From NCBI GenBank assembly GCA_030141605.1, contig JAQGDQ010000288.1, positions 194,621-258,620 on the forward strand: a DNA stretch of 64,000 bases, given 5' to 3'. Under the pieces are notes generated by a model, which searched no databases, had not been told where the DNA came from, and saw nothing but the letters and a program-made list of their open reading frames with translations. How positions within the stretch are numbered: the first letter of the stretch is position 1; each line of letters starts with the position of its first letter. Position numbers and translations under genes: made by a program. This DNA comes from Tubiluchus corallicola (lineage: Eukaryota; Animalia; Priapulida). This document shows, one piece after another, positions 25,737 through 40,600 of this stretch.

Positions 25737-27194
25737 TACCGAACAGACTTGCTGGTCTATTACCTATAAAACGTCATCATCAGACAGTAGTATGGTCATG
25801 AATTGAGTTTGTAACGCAGAACTTAATCCCTTTTCTTTCTTATTGCACATTGATGACTTACTTTTACAGTAAACAATTATATATTTACATATTTACAAAT
25901 ATTGGCGCACGTTGAACTGAATAAGCCATATAATGTGTGTGTCAAAATATGTTATTTATTTGAAAAATTTACATCAATCTAACTAAAGTATAAAATACTT
26001 GTTTACAAAATGTTTTGCTGTACAATAAAACTAAATTAAATAAATCATCAGACATTAAAATAAGACGTAAAATAGACTGGATGTAAGACAAGTTAGATTA
26101 CAAAATACAATCCGAGAAGCCATCAAGGATAATTTACACTACAAAATATAAATTACACTACTGAATGCAATTTAATATAAGTCACAAATCGATACAAGCC
26201 GACGCAAAAATACAGAATATAATTAAGTTCAGAAAGTAAATTTTTAAGCAGCTTTTTAAAACTGTTTTTTGAATTTCAGGTGGGTGAAGAGGCAAGATAT
26301 AGAAGCTATTTTTACCAGAATTGATTTTAATTTTCATTTAGTAATTAGCGATTAGCTGTGGCTCGATGAATTTCCTCTTGTCTAACCAGCTTGTTCATTA
26401 GGTAGACAGGACCACAAATATTTACGCATTTATAAAGTAGTAGTCCTACGTGAACGTAATATCTAGTTGACAGAGATAACAATTTTAAACTTGAGTACAA
26501 AAATCAATGGTAAGTAAAGTAATTGTTAAACGATCCGACAAGCTTTATTATACAGAATATTTGGGGAAGTTGCATGAAAACTGACGATCATTAATACTAT
26601 TATACTCTGTTCATTGGCACTATTGTACATGGCATCTTTCATTAGAAGACCTAATCAAACAAAATAGGGTTTGTTTAACTAACGTTTAGCTTCCTTTCAT
26701 TTACATCAAACTCACAAATCATCTATTTGTTGCCATAATGCCTTTTGGCAAGTCAACGTCTAAATGCTTAATGCAAAAAGACAGCGTGTGAACAGAAGCA
26801 ATTTAGATATCGCGTTGTTGCGCACGCAGCAACTGTCACAAGTTTAATATATTGTCTTCAGCGCAGGTCCTGTGATATTCGGTTGACCAGAATTATTAAT
26901 CATGCAGCCATTCTCGGCAAATGAATCTTTCTGTTCAATTTTTTCTAAAGTTAAAAATTCTTCGTGAAAAGATTTTAAAAGCGTTTAAGTAGACTGGATG
27001 TCTCAAATGTAAGTTATAACAAATTAAATTGTCTCTAGAGAATTATGATAATTTTATTTATATAGTCTTTGTAGATATTATTTGCAAATGTGTCTAGCTT
27101 TCTTGCATGTTGAATTGCATCTTATTTATAACGAGCGCTGGATTAGTAAGATAAATCAAAAAATCTCTCTTTCCTTCTCCACAGAAACAACAAA

Positions 27195-27482
<288 letters not shown>

Positions 27483-27619
27483 ACGTGCGTGCATGCGTCT
27501 ATGTGTGGATAGAACTTCAAATTTAGATTCATTTTAGTCCGGAATGCGAAGCATTGGATAACTCGCTTTATTAAGTTTTTTAATCCCAACTGCTTGAATA
27601 TGTCATACATAATACTTAC

Positions 27620-27790
27620 ATGCATAATCTTTATTTAAAGTCGGGTGAACAACGGAAAAAACATTATCTAAATAGGCTGTTCATACTGACTAAATACACG
27701 ATGCTAGAAATTTTTCTAAAAAGTAAAAATAAAGCTACAATATCACTCAAATTGGAAATAAAACCAAAAGATAAAAAATGAAAATGGGAA
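27620..27790 (-). mobile_element. Truncated copy of the dispersed repeat also at 22725 and 58024
   Basis: cataatctttatttaaagtcgggtgaacaacggaaaaaacattatctaaataggctgttcatactgactaaatacacgatgcta matches the other two copies. Confidence 0.7.
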
Positions 27791-28743
27791 AATGTCGCGC
27801 AATCCATTTGGTGAATATGTTATTCAGAACACCTTTAGCGTTATCACAGAATCCGTTTTATCGTAAAAAATTAGAGTACGAAATTTTTGCCATGCCACAG
27901 TATACTAAATGCAGTATACACATTGACTAAAAACCTATTACGTTACAGAACGAGTAAAGAGAACAAGAACGAGAACGAGGTTGGCACAACGGTGAAAAAA
28001 ATCTGTTTATCTACTGTAAGCGAGTAACCCAAAAAATCTCAATTACAGAGAAGCCAATTATCGAGTGTAGCAGAAATTCAAATTACTGAATCGCTTAATT
28101 ATGAACAGCTAATAAGCCTATTTTTCAAGGAATCCAACTCATCAGTGCTTTTATAGCTTTAGATGTGATCAGGAAACCTATTATATTATAGAAACCAGAG
28201 CGCAATAATTCGTAGTAAGCCAAATAACACCTGGCGTAAACATTTTGAATTTTTGAACAGAAATGAACTTAACCTGATACCAAATTGGATATGTCAAAAT
28301 TAACTTAAGTAATGTAGCATTTTTATTGTGCTCCCCTAAACTAACTATTATATTTTTATTATGCCTTTTTTGTTTAAATGATTATAATGCGCATATTCTT
28401 ACTTTTCTATGCTACTAGTAAAATGAAAATTGTACATCAAATTCCCAAGAGATAGTAATGATTAAATAAAACTCCGCTATAAAGCAGAGCCTATGCACGC
28501 TTCGATCTCTATGTGTACATATTGCATAGTTGTCTATAAACGATAAATCTAACTTGAGTGAGTGTTAGTTGTGGGTGTCGGACTATTAATGATTACACTA
28601 TTGCACTTATCAGTTTTTTTTCATAAACGGTTGTGGTTGCATACGAATTTTATTGTAAACATGATTTTAATTTTGTTTATATTGCATGTAACATTTTTAG
28701 CAATAAAGAGTACTAATAGAAAAAAATAAAATCTCCCTTCTTG

Positions 28744-28885
<142 letters not shown>

Positions 28886-29016
28886 CACTCGCTTTTGCTG
28901 TGTTAAATTTTGTGGAAGAACGTCTATTAAGCTTATAGTAAAACTACGCAAACAATTCTTTTCAGAATGAAAATTGGAAGCTGAATTTAACCAGGAATGG
29001 TAGGACACCATGTGAA

Positions 29017-30048
29017 ATGGAACACCTCGAAGACACCATGGAATTTAAATGGGAAAACATTTCCTCAATAAGACCAGAGCTCTACAATAAATCAAATTTT
29101 TCGCATCCTTTTGACGACATTGGATTTCACACAAATTGCAAAAGCGTCTTAGAACATGACCTGGCGCATCTGATATCAAACTCTGTTAATCTGTTACTTG
29201 GCACCAGCATCTTAGCTGGCAATTTTTTAATACTGGTAACAATTATTTATACACCTTCACTGCACGAAGTGCCCTTCTACTTCGTTGCAAATCTTGCTGT
29301 AGCCGATTCAACGACAGGTTTTGGATTACTCACTCTTTTCATAGGATTCCTCGCAGGTGTGCGTTGCAAAATGAGTTTTTGTACGTGTGCCATTCCTCTA
29401 ATGATGTTTAACATTTACGGTTCCATATTATTTTACACAGCATATACCGTTGAACGATATCTAGCAGTTATTTATCCTCTCCATTATCCAAGATGGGTCA
29501 CGCAAAAAACTGCTAGCATAGCTATACTTTCTGCTTGGACACTTACTATATCTTTAACTACAGGTAGCGCGGTAGCGTATTATTTTAGCGACTACACTGG
29601 CTTGTCTTGCATCCATTTTAGGAGCTATTTTGGCACATTTTGTTTTATGTCAAACAATTTTGTTTGCGTTTTTCTTATTCCCGTTGTAATATTTTGTTAC
29701 GCTCGTATCGGATGCGTTGCAGCAAGGCAACAAAAAGCGATTTCTGCTTTAAGCGCCGTAAATGAAAGACGTGTTGACGAACTGAAGCAAAAAATGAAGA
29801 TTGCAAAAGTTCTCGGCCTGACAGTTATCTTGTACGTAACGTTCTGGTTGCCGAATCTAACCCTGTTTCCGTTCCATTACTTCTGCGAACTTCGAGGAAT
29901 GTGTTCTATTCGAGTAAGAACACAGCTAATAAATTTTACTTTATTACTAGGTTTGTCTAACTCCTTTGCAAACGTCTTTGTATATGCGGGAAAACTGAAA
30001 CCCTTTCGTAGGGCATTGAAAACCATTATCTTTCATAGACGAGGATGA
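29017..30048 (+). CDS. Intronless rhodopsin-family (class A) GPCR, orphan or chemoreceptor-like
   Basis: 343 aa with seven hydrophobic segments: TM1 GN, LHEVPFYFVANLAVAD (TM2 LAxAD), TVERYLAVIYPLHY (E/DRY), TM5 FCYARI, TM6 FWLP and TM7 NSFANVFVY. N-terminal N-glycosylation sequons NIS, NKS and NFS. Confidence 0.92.
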   Translation: MEHLEDTMEFKWENISSIRPELYNKSNFSHPFDDIGFHTNCKSVLEHDLAHLISNSVNLLLGTSILAGNFLILVTIIYTPSLHEVPFYFVANLAVADSTTGFGLLTLFIGFLAGVRCKMSFCTCAIPLMMFNIYGSILFYTAYTVERYLAVIYPLHYPRWVTQKTASIAILSAWTLTISLTTGSAVAYYFSDYTGLSCIHFRSYFGTFCFMSNNFVCVFLIPVVIFCYARIGCVAARQQKAISALSAVNERRVDELKQKMKIAKVLGLTVILYVTFWLPNLTLFPFHYFCELRGMCSIRVRTQLINFTLLLGLSNSFANVFVYAGKLKPFRRALKTIIFHRRG

Positions 30049-31639
30049 TTATCTTCGGCTTTAGCAAAATGAGTATTGACAAGTAAACAACCCAAAAGTA
30101 CTGATTTCGCAAATAAAAATTGACTTTTGCAAAATATTGAAGTACGGTAATATTTTCACATTTTACTCAAATTCGTATACAACGGCCAACAAAAAGTTAT
30201 GGACCATCTATGGCTTTAAAATGTATAATTTATGTTAAATTATGTTATGATACGAGTATTCAATTAATATTTTTTTATTAAATGAGCGAATAATATGAAT
30301 AATATGACATTGAAATAATAATAATAATGACATATAACATGGAAATATAAATGCACGTTGAAACTGCCAAATCTCCAAATTTTCTCTCCAAATTTTCAAT
30401 TTATACAAATTTTCAGGGTGATTTTAGTGATTTTGTAAGTAATTTTTCTTTTGACATTTTTTATCCTAGTTTTATCTGTAATTATGTAAACATTTGTATA
30501 TACAGGTAATCTTGCCTGAAATAAAAAGTATAATAATAATAATAATACTGATACACACACATATTGTATGATCTTCTTTATTAACATGCCTATAAAACAC
30601 CAGGATTGAAACTAGGAGATACTTATGGTTGACATAGTTTACATTGCATTGTAACAGTTTGTGCAGATGCACCAACAGTAAACCTTCACAGATTGAACTA
30701 TGAGCTGTTGTCAATTAATGCGATGGTAATGTATACAACAGAGTCACATTAATAATAACAATTTTAAACAAAATTAATAAGATGAAAACATATCACAATG
30801 AAAATAGTTCAAGACACATATAAATACTACTAAAAACTAGCAAGTAAGAAATTATGTAGCAAAGTACTTAACGTACAACAAAACATCGGTTTTTCATCAT
30901 TCATATACTCATATGTACGAATCATCTGTGCATTTACAAAGACCAGCGCATATGTAAGACAGAAATCAGCAATAATTACACTCAACATAAATAGAAATAT
31001 ATAAATTAGATATAAGATTAGACAAAAACAATATAAAGATAGTAAACAGACGTGGAAAATCACACGAGGCACATTATTCTTCTAGAAACTGCAGCTCGCT
31101 TTGCTCGAAACTGAGTGCAATAATGAGACCTCAAGAAAATTATCTTATTCTTCATATACTAGTTTAAGTTACATATTACTGTGCAGAAATATTGGGAATT
31201 TGCTTAATAAATGTAGGAATAAATGCGTAAGTATATTTATAATGCAGAATATTTATAAACATTATACCACTACTCCAATAGTGCTTACTTTGCGAAAGAA
31301 AAAGAATAATTTGTAAGTGTCCTTTACACTCTTTACATCATTGAAAACTAGTTTAAACATTTGCTAGCTTCTTGAAGTTTGATAAAAGTTCAGTAGATGG
31401 AGCTATATGCATTTTACAAACTTTGACACGGTACACGTCAAGCAAAAGCATCACTAAGGCAAGAAAGTTATAAGATAACAACACTTTAAGCGCATATTCC
31501 TATTGCTACATGGTGTAAATTGATACTATGTCTAAGCTCAGTACACGATAATGTTTGATAATGTCAATAAAGTGAATATTCCAATTAACATTTACCAATT
31601 ATGGAAATAATAAAGCTGACGCATTGAATGTGAGGTAGA

Positions 31640-34600
31640 TCAGATGCTATGCTTAAGAAACTCATCTTCGGGATTTGACGATAGCGGCTCTAAATTTGTT
31701 ATCGCCTTCTTCATCTTGGTACCTAAGTAAATAAAAATACATTAATAATAGACGATAGCAATGAGACTATAAAAAAGCAATAAATACAATTATGATATCA
31801 TCGAAGATATCATTGATTTTTTCTTTTATCATTTTCCAATCATAACCTATTATTTCGCTCATTCTTCCTTTCTTTCAACATGTTACCCTTGCATATAATT
31901 TCCTTTGTTATCCTCGATTCATTTTCAGGAATTCTAATAATCGCTCCCTGATTACAACTGCAAATTAGGACGCATGCTGTAGATGACTCCGGAAATTTGG
32001 ATGTCTCTGTTTTAGTTAAAAAAACAACTGCTATATTGAAAATAAAATCAGCACTAGGTGATATTAATTATGAATAATGAACATGCATATTTTCAAAACA
32101 CAAATTTGCAAACAAAAACACAACAAAAAGAGTTTATACCATAAAACCACATATGTTCTGGTAGGTACACTGTTCAAAAACAATTTCAGTATTCGAGTGG
32201 AAAACACATATCAATAAATACCGTGCAGCAGATCTTCTAATACTGGTTCAGATGCTGTGAGTGACACACCAGCACTTTAACCAGTGCCACCTTCTCACGC
32301 CCATAGTTATCAAATCAATCTTTAAGCCAATGTGCAGCTTAAATTTATTTAAAATACCTCATTCAATATGGCACATGTTATTTCTGAAATTGTGTTTATG
32401 TTTAGTTTCCAAAAACGTTCAAAAATGCTGGCAATGTGGCTATCACTTCCTATAGGGAGCTACTGAACCATTTTTCTCACCCCCACCAGCTTCATTGTCT
32501 TAGATGTGTTTTAATTATATTGTTCATTCCAACATGACTTCTCCAACAACGGATGGCATGAAAAACCACAGGCATGGATTTACTTTCACAAAATTTAAAA
32601 CTAAAGATTACCAATAAGCATTTTGGAATTACCAACATAAAAAATAGAGTGTTAAGAAGCAGAAAGATTCTACCAAACAAACTACTAATTAGTCAGTTTA
32701 CTTCCAATGTACAACAAAGACAAAGACTTTTGTCCAGCTCATTTCAGGTTTTTTTCATTAGTCTAACTTTCTTACATCAACATCAAATAGATCATAAGCA
32801 ACTTGTTCCACCCTTTTGCAAACTCAACTACTAACAACAAGTTACATAACTATACAACTATATTTAGTTTCATTTTTAAACTAAATAATTAAAAAATTTT
32901 ATAACCGTTTGTCTACCTATGGAAATTGTGTAAGTGAAATACTTACGTTATGAACGATTTTAATATAGGTTTATCCTGTTAACCAATCAGTGTTTGAGTA
33001 GTTACGTTTGTATTTATTATTTCCTTCAAATAAAATATTGTTTAAACTAAAGGAAAAGGCACATATTCGCTCGTTTAACAGACAACATTAGCACTAATAC
33101 TTACAATAATACAGTAATAATGCAACACACGAATAACAAACAACATGTAGAATATATGCTCTCGTGTTGGCAGTTGCCAGTCTTGAACCCAAAACTATAA
33201 CCAAGACTACGTGTGTCTGCAATTTAGGGTGTTGATGCTCAACCAGCAAACTGAGGACATTCAGAACAAGCGTTTAAAGATGAGCCATACCTAAACCCTT
33301 GACTTTTTTCCCAAACTGTCGAACGTTGACTTTCAGAGTATTACTACTAGCATATTTTTCCAACTCATACTCTGTCAAACGCGTTTCAAACACACCTGGG
33401 AAAATAAAAGTTGATTGTTAACCACAGCTACCTGCAACAACTAAAGTCAGACCCTGTACGGGTTCATTTATTTGTTCATCTGTCCATCAATTCACTTTTC
33501 TAAGTAGTTTTAGAAAAAGATCTATGCTTACAGTAACAAACTGAAAATTTAAAGTTGTCTGTAATACTAATGAAAAAAGCCAAAATAAAATTGATGTTAA
33601 GAAATTGTAAGTAATCTAGTTAGTAGGCAATGCTTAAAATCACGACATCTGGTGATTATTGTTCACATTTGGAGACAAGAACATGGAAGTAAAGGTCAAG
33701 TGTCAAGATCATAGATTTTTTTACTTTTTTTAAAGTAAGGATAAGACAGAATTTTTCTGACAAATATAAGCAGTTTTCTGACAAAAAAGACTGCAAATTG
33801 AACTATCCTACAAGTTTATGTTAAATTTTAAGCTTGTAAGCTATGAGAGTATTTCAGAACACTAAAAATATTTCAAAAAACTAAAAGCCAATGATAACCA
33901 GGCATTTTATACACCGAACCACTTTCAAAACTCGAAGCAGAACAGCTTAGTTTAGGCAATGGAATTGCAAATTAGCTGGAATTACAACTAAGTTGTACGA
34001 ACTACATTTATAGTTTGAGGGTCCTGGTGTGTACATGTTGCATGCATGCTTGCACACATACACGTATATGTGCATTATGGCTATTTATGTATTGTCTCCA
34101 GGTCTATAATAGTTTTCTTGCTTAATACAGTGACAGTGCTGTCCATGCTCTTTTGTCTGACTCAGATAAGCTGAGCAAAATACACAACCTGGCTGTGTTG
34201 TGTTGGGAAGATAGGTTAAAGTTAACAGCCAAAACCTCAAACTGCCTAAATGGACACTCCATTTATCTGTTGTGTTTTTTACTGCTACTATTGTTTTGTG
34301 TTGGTCTACGCAACGGTGTTATTTCACTACTTACCAGGAACATGATTAGCCAGCGACTGAGTTCTGTCATTGACAAACACCTCAAACATCTGCGTCTCTG
34401 TAAACCATTGTAAGAACATGCGCAGGCTACGTGACGAAACTGCTGTCACAAAACTTTCCTTCTGTGTTAAATAGGAAACAAAATTAGTTGAATTTAATCT
34501 GTACTTATTTAATGTGCTAAACAAACCTGCTACAGCCACTGGTAGAATGGACTGCAAGCCTTTCATTCACTCAATCAAGGAAAAGACTATTGGTCTAGTC

Positions 34601-37600
34601 GACATCTATCATCAGCATACAAAATCTACTATGACACAAAATGTCTTGACTATACCAAACACGTTTGGCCTTAATCTTAAATTTTGTGACTGCCACACAA
34701 AGGTTTATGTAAAATCTACAGAAATAAATATATGAAAACATAAAACACATTATGTTCTGAAACATTCATACAAGGTGGCATAGCTCAATGGTAACATGCT
34801 CACTTCTCATCTGGGATATCGCTGGTTCAACTCCCAGCCGAGTCGTACCAAATTGTACCACTGACTCCCTGACCAAGCTCACGGGTTTATCGAAGTAAAA
34901 TGTGGGTAATAACAATTGGAACCACCTTGGAAATGAATGCAGAAGTACTGAAGATGTTATTCCTGGACTAGGTCGTAAACAAAATTATTATTATTATGTA
35001 AGAAATGTTATAAGTACTTGAAAGATGATTGTTCTGTCCTGCTGAGTACAAATGTGTTGCCTGTAATGACTAATCATTTCCAAGAAAAGCCGGATGAATG
35101 CTTCCGAAATCAACAGGTTCTTGGTACTTTGATCTGAAAAATAAAATAAACTATTTGCATTAAAAAGACAAATTTCAGTTACATATATGTGTACTGTATC
35201 AACAGTATTATTGCTATATTAAGTATTATTTTGGCTAAATATTGCTTTAACTTAAAAGTGTTTTATGCCTATATCGGTCTCAGTGCACACGGACTAAGCA
35301 TTCAAATTTAAAATTTAATTCATTAGTTACTAGTTCCTGGTTCATCCTGCAAGCCAGCAAACATACATACCATGCTGAAGTGATGAAGACTGAAGACTGA
35401 ACTACACTCTAAACTGATGAAAGCTTCAGTAGTCACTACATTCATTATAGAAACTTATGTAAATCCAAGTCAGGTACTTTATTCAAGTAGTACTGCATGT
35501 TTTCAATTAATAATTACATTCCTAGTCGGTCGACCTAATGCCCAATAAGTTTCGAGTATGGGTCCAAAAGCATACATGTCCCAACAAACAATTAAATAGA
35601 AGATCAATGTAATCGGCATATTTTAATATCAGCAAATGACATCACTGCAACACCAAACACAATTATTTGATGCCGCATATCAAATTTTACTTTATTTTTA
35701 TTTTTTATTGTAATACTATTAATTGTAAAAAACCCAATGTGCACTTTGCATTGTAAGTAAGAAATAAACTAAACTATAAACAGAATAGTGTATACGAGTT
35801 TGCTAAATCAAGATTCACTATAATTCAAAATTTGATAAACTTACTTATATCATCTATACACATATTGAGAGCTGTACTGAGAGCCTTGTAAAGTTTCCTT
35901 GGAATGATCGTTCCTTCGTCTCCCTGTTCCCATTGTAACAGACCCCGGTCTAAATCAACCAGTAGCACCTATCACAATATAAACAGTTACTAACATATTT
36001 TATTAAAGAAGTTAGAACTTCTTACTTTATTTAGAGACAGGTAGCAGACCATGTTTTATTAAAAAATGTTCAGGTTATTTTGACATATTTTCGAATATAA
36101 TTATCAACTGGTGATAGCAAGATCTTAAAAACCCAGAATCTTCCAAGTAGACAAATAAAAAACACAATTTTGACAATTACAGAGTCAGCAACTCCATCGA
36201 AATAATACAATTCTTGCACGATATGTACAGGACTTCAGTGCAGCACAAATATGCTCCTATGCTTCTAGTGGAATGAACAAAATCCTGAAGGGTAAAAAAT
36301 GGAATCACACACACATATTGTATTTTCACATTAAAATCATGACTCAATGCAAAAGTCTAGGTGCATTTTGGACAAACTAGAAAGTGTTATTCAAAGCATC
36401 CAACCCATCAGGAGCACCAAATTATGACTTTTATCATAATTACGCTACCTTTTATGTATGTTTTATGCAAGTTAACATCAAAAACTTCCTAGCAGTTATT
36501 ACTAGTAAAAACTTCTAGCAGATAGTAAAAACTCTTACTAAATAACTTATGAGTCAAGCACATTTCATTGTGATTTGATAAAGTATATTTCAACATATTT
36601 CTACTAATTGTTCCTTTTGAAAAATCCTGTGTTAAATTATCATAGGATAATTTGATTACTAGCAGTTTTAATTGTCTCACCTCTGACAATGGCATGCTTG
36701 CCAGCTTCTTCCGACATTCCGTTAAGATACCGATCACAAACGGAGTTGGTGAACAAACGAAATCCAACAGTTTGGCTGGAAGAACGGGAATGAACGTATG
36801 CTGCCAGCAGAATGGATAGAGCAGTGCTGTTGCAGCGTGGACACATGATGTCAACGTGCTGAAAAAATACCAATATCATCAGCAAGACATCACAATTCAC
36901 ATCCTCTCACCAACAGTTATACATTTTGCTGTAATGCAACATGAACAACAGCATCATACAAAGTAACAAGTTACTACACTGGCTTGTGTGCTTCATGTTT
37001 TTCTCATTGCTAAAACACTAGTTTTTGGGTTTGTAATCTTCACACATAAATTGCCATGCAAAAATAGCCGTTTGCAAAAAATTAACATTTTAACATTTAA
37101 TGTTTCAAAAACCAGGAAGAAAACAATAATTTTTTGCTTAATGTGTTTCAAAGACACAAACGTTGAAAAGTAAGCCACCAGCGAGATGATGAAACATCAA
37201 GATGCCTTGTTCAGTAAATAGCAAACACAAACTATCCAATTCCAAAAAAGCTGCAACTGTTCGTTAGCCACTGTACTGCCACTGACAAAATTAATAAATG
37301 TGGAATATGGGAAAACCCAAACTATGTAAGTCGATTACAAAAACATCATTAAAATTCTAACAAGTTGTATTTTTGTACGGCTTGTTAGATGACACCTTAT
37401 TGTTTCACGCAACGCTTGTGACATTATCATTAATGGTAAGATGTAATCAATTGTTATACGATAATAATTGTTCTTTTGAGTAATCAAGTTCAGTTCTTAT
37501 GTCCGGTTTCTACTTCATCTAGTTCTTGTTCGTTTGAAGCAAAGAATTATATATCATCACACAAATCAGGAAGTTGTTATTTTTATGTAACAAATTTTTA

Positions 37601-40600
37601 AAAGTCAACGTGTCCACTTCTGTAAACAATGAAGATTAAAGCATAAACGGATTAGTAGACTGTCTCAATGGCTCAAAATATTAACCGCAATGGACAGGGA
37701 TGCCCTCTACCAGCTCGTTAAATATCAGGTGTTGTACGTCGAGTCCCGAAACAATTTTATGTTGAAATGATAAAATTATATACCAAGCTTTATCTGCCTT
37801 ACTGTTAATTACTTTATAATAAGGTAAATTCAGATAAACTAGCATAGTGATAAAAACTAGGGTTGGCACTTTTATAGATAATATTTTTAACAAATACCAA
37901 ACATAAATAAACCACATTGTTAAGTGAAAAGTTAGGGAATCTCTGAATTGCTACACAATTTATTATTATTGGTGTTACAACTGACACCATAAGGCTAAAA
38001 TCAATAAATTCCAAGTATAAAATAATAACAAATCAATAAACAAATACAATTCGTTCAGTATAGTCACGAAGAAAAAATCCTCATTAGAGAGCTAATCGAT
38101 GCTCTTTGTTTATTAAATCTTTTCAAAGAACAAAGTCCATTCACTAGTCCCGCTGTGAAGTACAGAAAGCCAAAAAAGGCCTTAATTTCAATATGCACCC
38201 AAAACGAATTTTATTCTCATTACTGTAACTGAAATACGTGGTTCAAATGTGATCCCTATATTTCCCCAAGTTGATGCAGAGCAAACAGTTTTTCCCTAAT
38301 GGCTTGATAAATCATTTTACAATAGAACAAGTTTTTTCTATATTTTTGTTTTTATTTTACTACATTTTTTTGTGAAATTTTATATATCTTAGCTGTTTTA
38401 AATCATTATTTTAGTGTTAGTTTTATGTACTTTTTTCAGCACAGCATTTAAGCACATATTTATATGGATTTTACAGTACATAAAAACTAATGTACTAAAA
38501 CTTAAAATTGATCATTATTATCGCTTACCTAAGTCTGGAAGCTGTGAAAAGCACCCGTCGTTCTAGCAAAATGGCTGAAAAGACTTTGAGTAGTCGCGTC
38601 ACACCTAGAATGTTTAAAAGGCAGGCGTAGTCAACTTGTTCTAGCCTGCTGTCAGCTGGACGAGCGAATGTGGCTATGTGCATTACATCTCGCTGTGGCT
38701 ACAATGGAACAAGAATGATAAACCAGACATTAACATTATTGCTTTATAGATAAAACTGAAATGTAGATCTAATGGTTTTAGCAATTAGGCATGTAATTCT
38801 GACACTAACAAAGTTAAAGGAGAAGAAATGAGGATTTTAAAGTGCGTTTCAGGAAACTTTCCATGGCTTAGCCTACCTGTTTGAAAGCCATATGTAATGG
38901 AAAAAGAAAATTCTTAATTTAAATGCTCGTGCCAACCAGTAAAACATCGCTGCTTCACTTATCCCAGTGTGCATCAAAAATGTCACAGACTCATCAGAGA
39001 AGATATTCTTAATCTTACTGACAAGATAAAGTAATTTATACGTCTGCTTAGTTAACAAAATGTGTGCTACGAATGCTCTGATTATTTTTCAAACTTTGTG
39101 CAATACTATCTAACCTTGTTTCAAACAAACTTACTGTCAAAATGGCTACACCTAATGGTCATTGTGGGAGTGTAAACTTATAAGTTTCATACAGCTTTGC
39201 TGCTAATACAAGCACTGTGAGCAATAAAGCATAAGTAGGTGACACAAAATTTCAAGACAAATTTTTTATCTTAATGTAAGTAGAATTTTCTTGACTTTTA
39301 AGGTTATAATCAATTAGTATGAGATTATAGTACAAAGTTGCTTTCAATAAAATATGAATGTGGCTTTATGAAATGCTACTATGCTTTCAACAGTGTTAAT
39401 GTGCGGCTTAATAGATTTGAGTAGTAACTGACTAGTTTTAAAGAAAAGTTGGTGTGCTTACAAACCTTATTTTAACTCATTTACAAAATGGTTAATAACT
39501 GGTTTAAACATCACTTATATGCTGCATTTGTGCTTGCTAACAACCTCATTAAAATTTTCTTTCACTTAAGTGCAATTTCCCTTCCAAGAAGTCACCCAAA
39601 TCAAAAAGCGTACACACTCAACAATTAAATGCATTTACAAAGTAAAATACTGCCTATTATACTGGATATAATTTGGTAAAGTTAAGTATAGCTTATTTGA
39701 AATTTGCAACCGAAAACCTGAGCAGCAATTCAAGCTTGGATGTAAAAATGTACACGTCACTTGAAAATTACGAGTAATAAGCATAGATAACTCAATTAAT
39801 GCAAAACAGTTGGGTGGTGCCGATTAGTACAACTGTGACCTAAGTAAAAAAATTTAATAGTTATTACATGGAAAAATTCTTTTCAACAATTGTTTTCGAA
39901 TCAGTTCTAACAAATGAAATTGATAAAGTGACGAGTGCCAAGCTGACCAGCTAGTATAAGAACTGGTGTAATTACTATGCAGAGTAACTGTATTTTATCA
40001 ATTTGTAAACAACTAACATTTTATATAGTTTTCAAGGTTAACTGTTTAACTGACTGTAGTGTAAAAGCAGCATGAGAAACAATAGTGGACAACAATTCTA
40101 AAATCTATTAAAATGTCGAAATAACTAAGAGAATTAACAGATTCAAATAAAAATAACTCTGCAACAATGTAGGTGTGATAATGATTTAACATTCAAAAGA
40201 CATGGAATTGGTGTCTGAAATGTTTCTTGTAGGTTAAAGTACACACCCCAGGACATCGTATGGTGACTCCATCACCAGGGGGAGGTAGCGGAGTGCTGTA
40301 AGCATATTGTATGAACAGATGTGCAGACGTCTCAGATAATCGATGTCTGTTCAAAATTTCTCTAAGTAGCTAGAATTATGAAAAAAAGATTCATAATTAT
40401 ATGTTACTGACAAGACTTTCAAGTAACTCATTCGTTCAAGCACGCATGCATAGCACATTGTATAAGTGTATCAGTTTTCTGTTGTGAAACTGTCGGCCAT
40501 GTGTGAGTTTAGTGCTTTAACAATTTGCAGCAAAACGCAATCTAAAATATAACCATAAAAGTAATTTCTGAAGAAAATGGGCAATAAACTCAGATGCTTT

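Noticed and set aside
34774-34850. tRNA gene
   Set aside because: A and B boxes are present, but there is no clean acceptor stem and it continues into a body and (ATT)n tail, so a SINE fits better.
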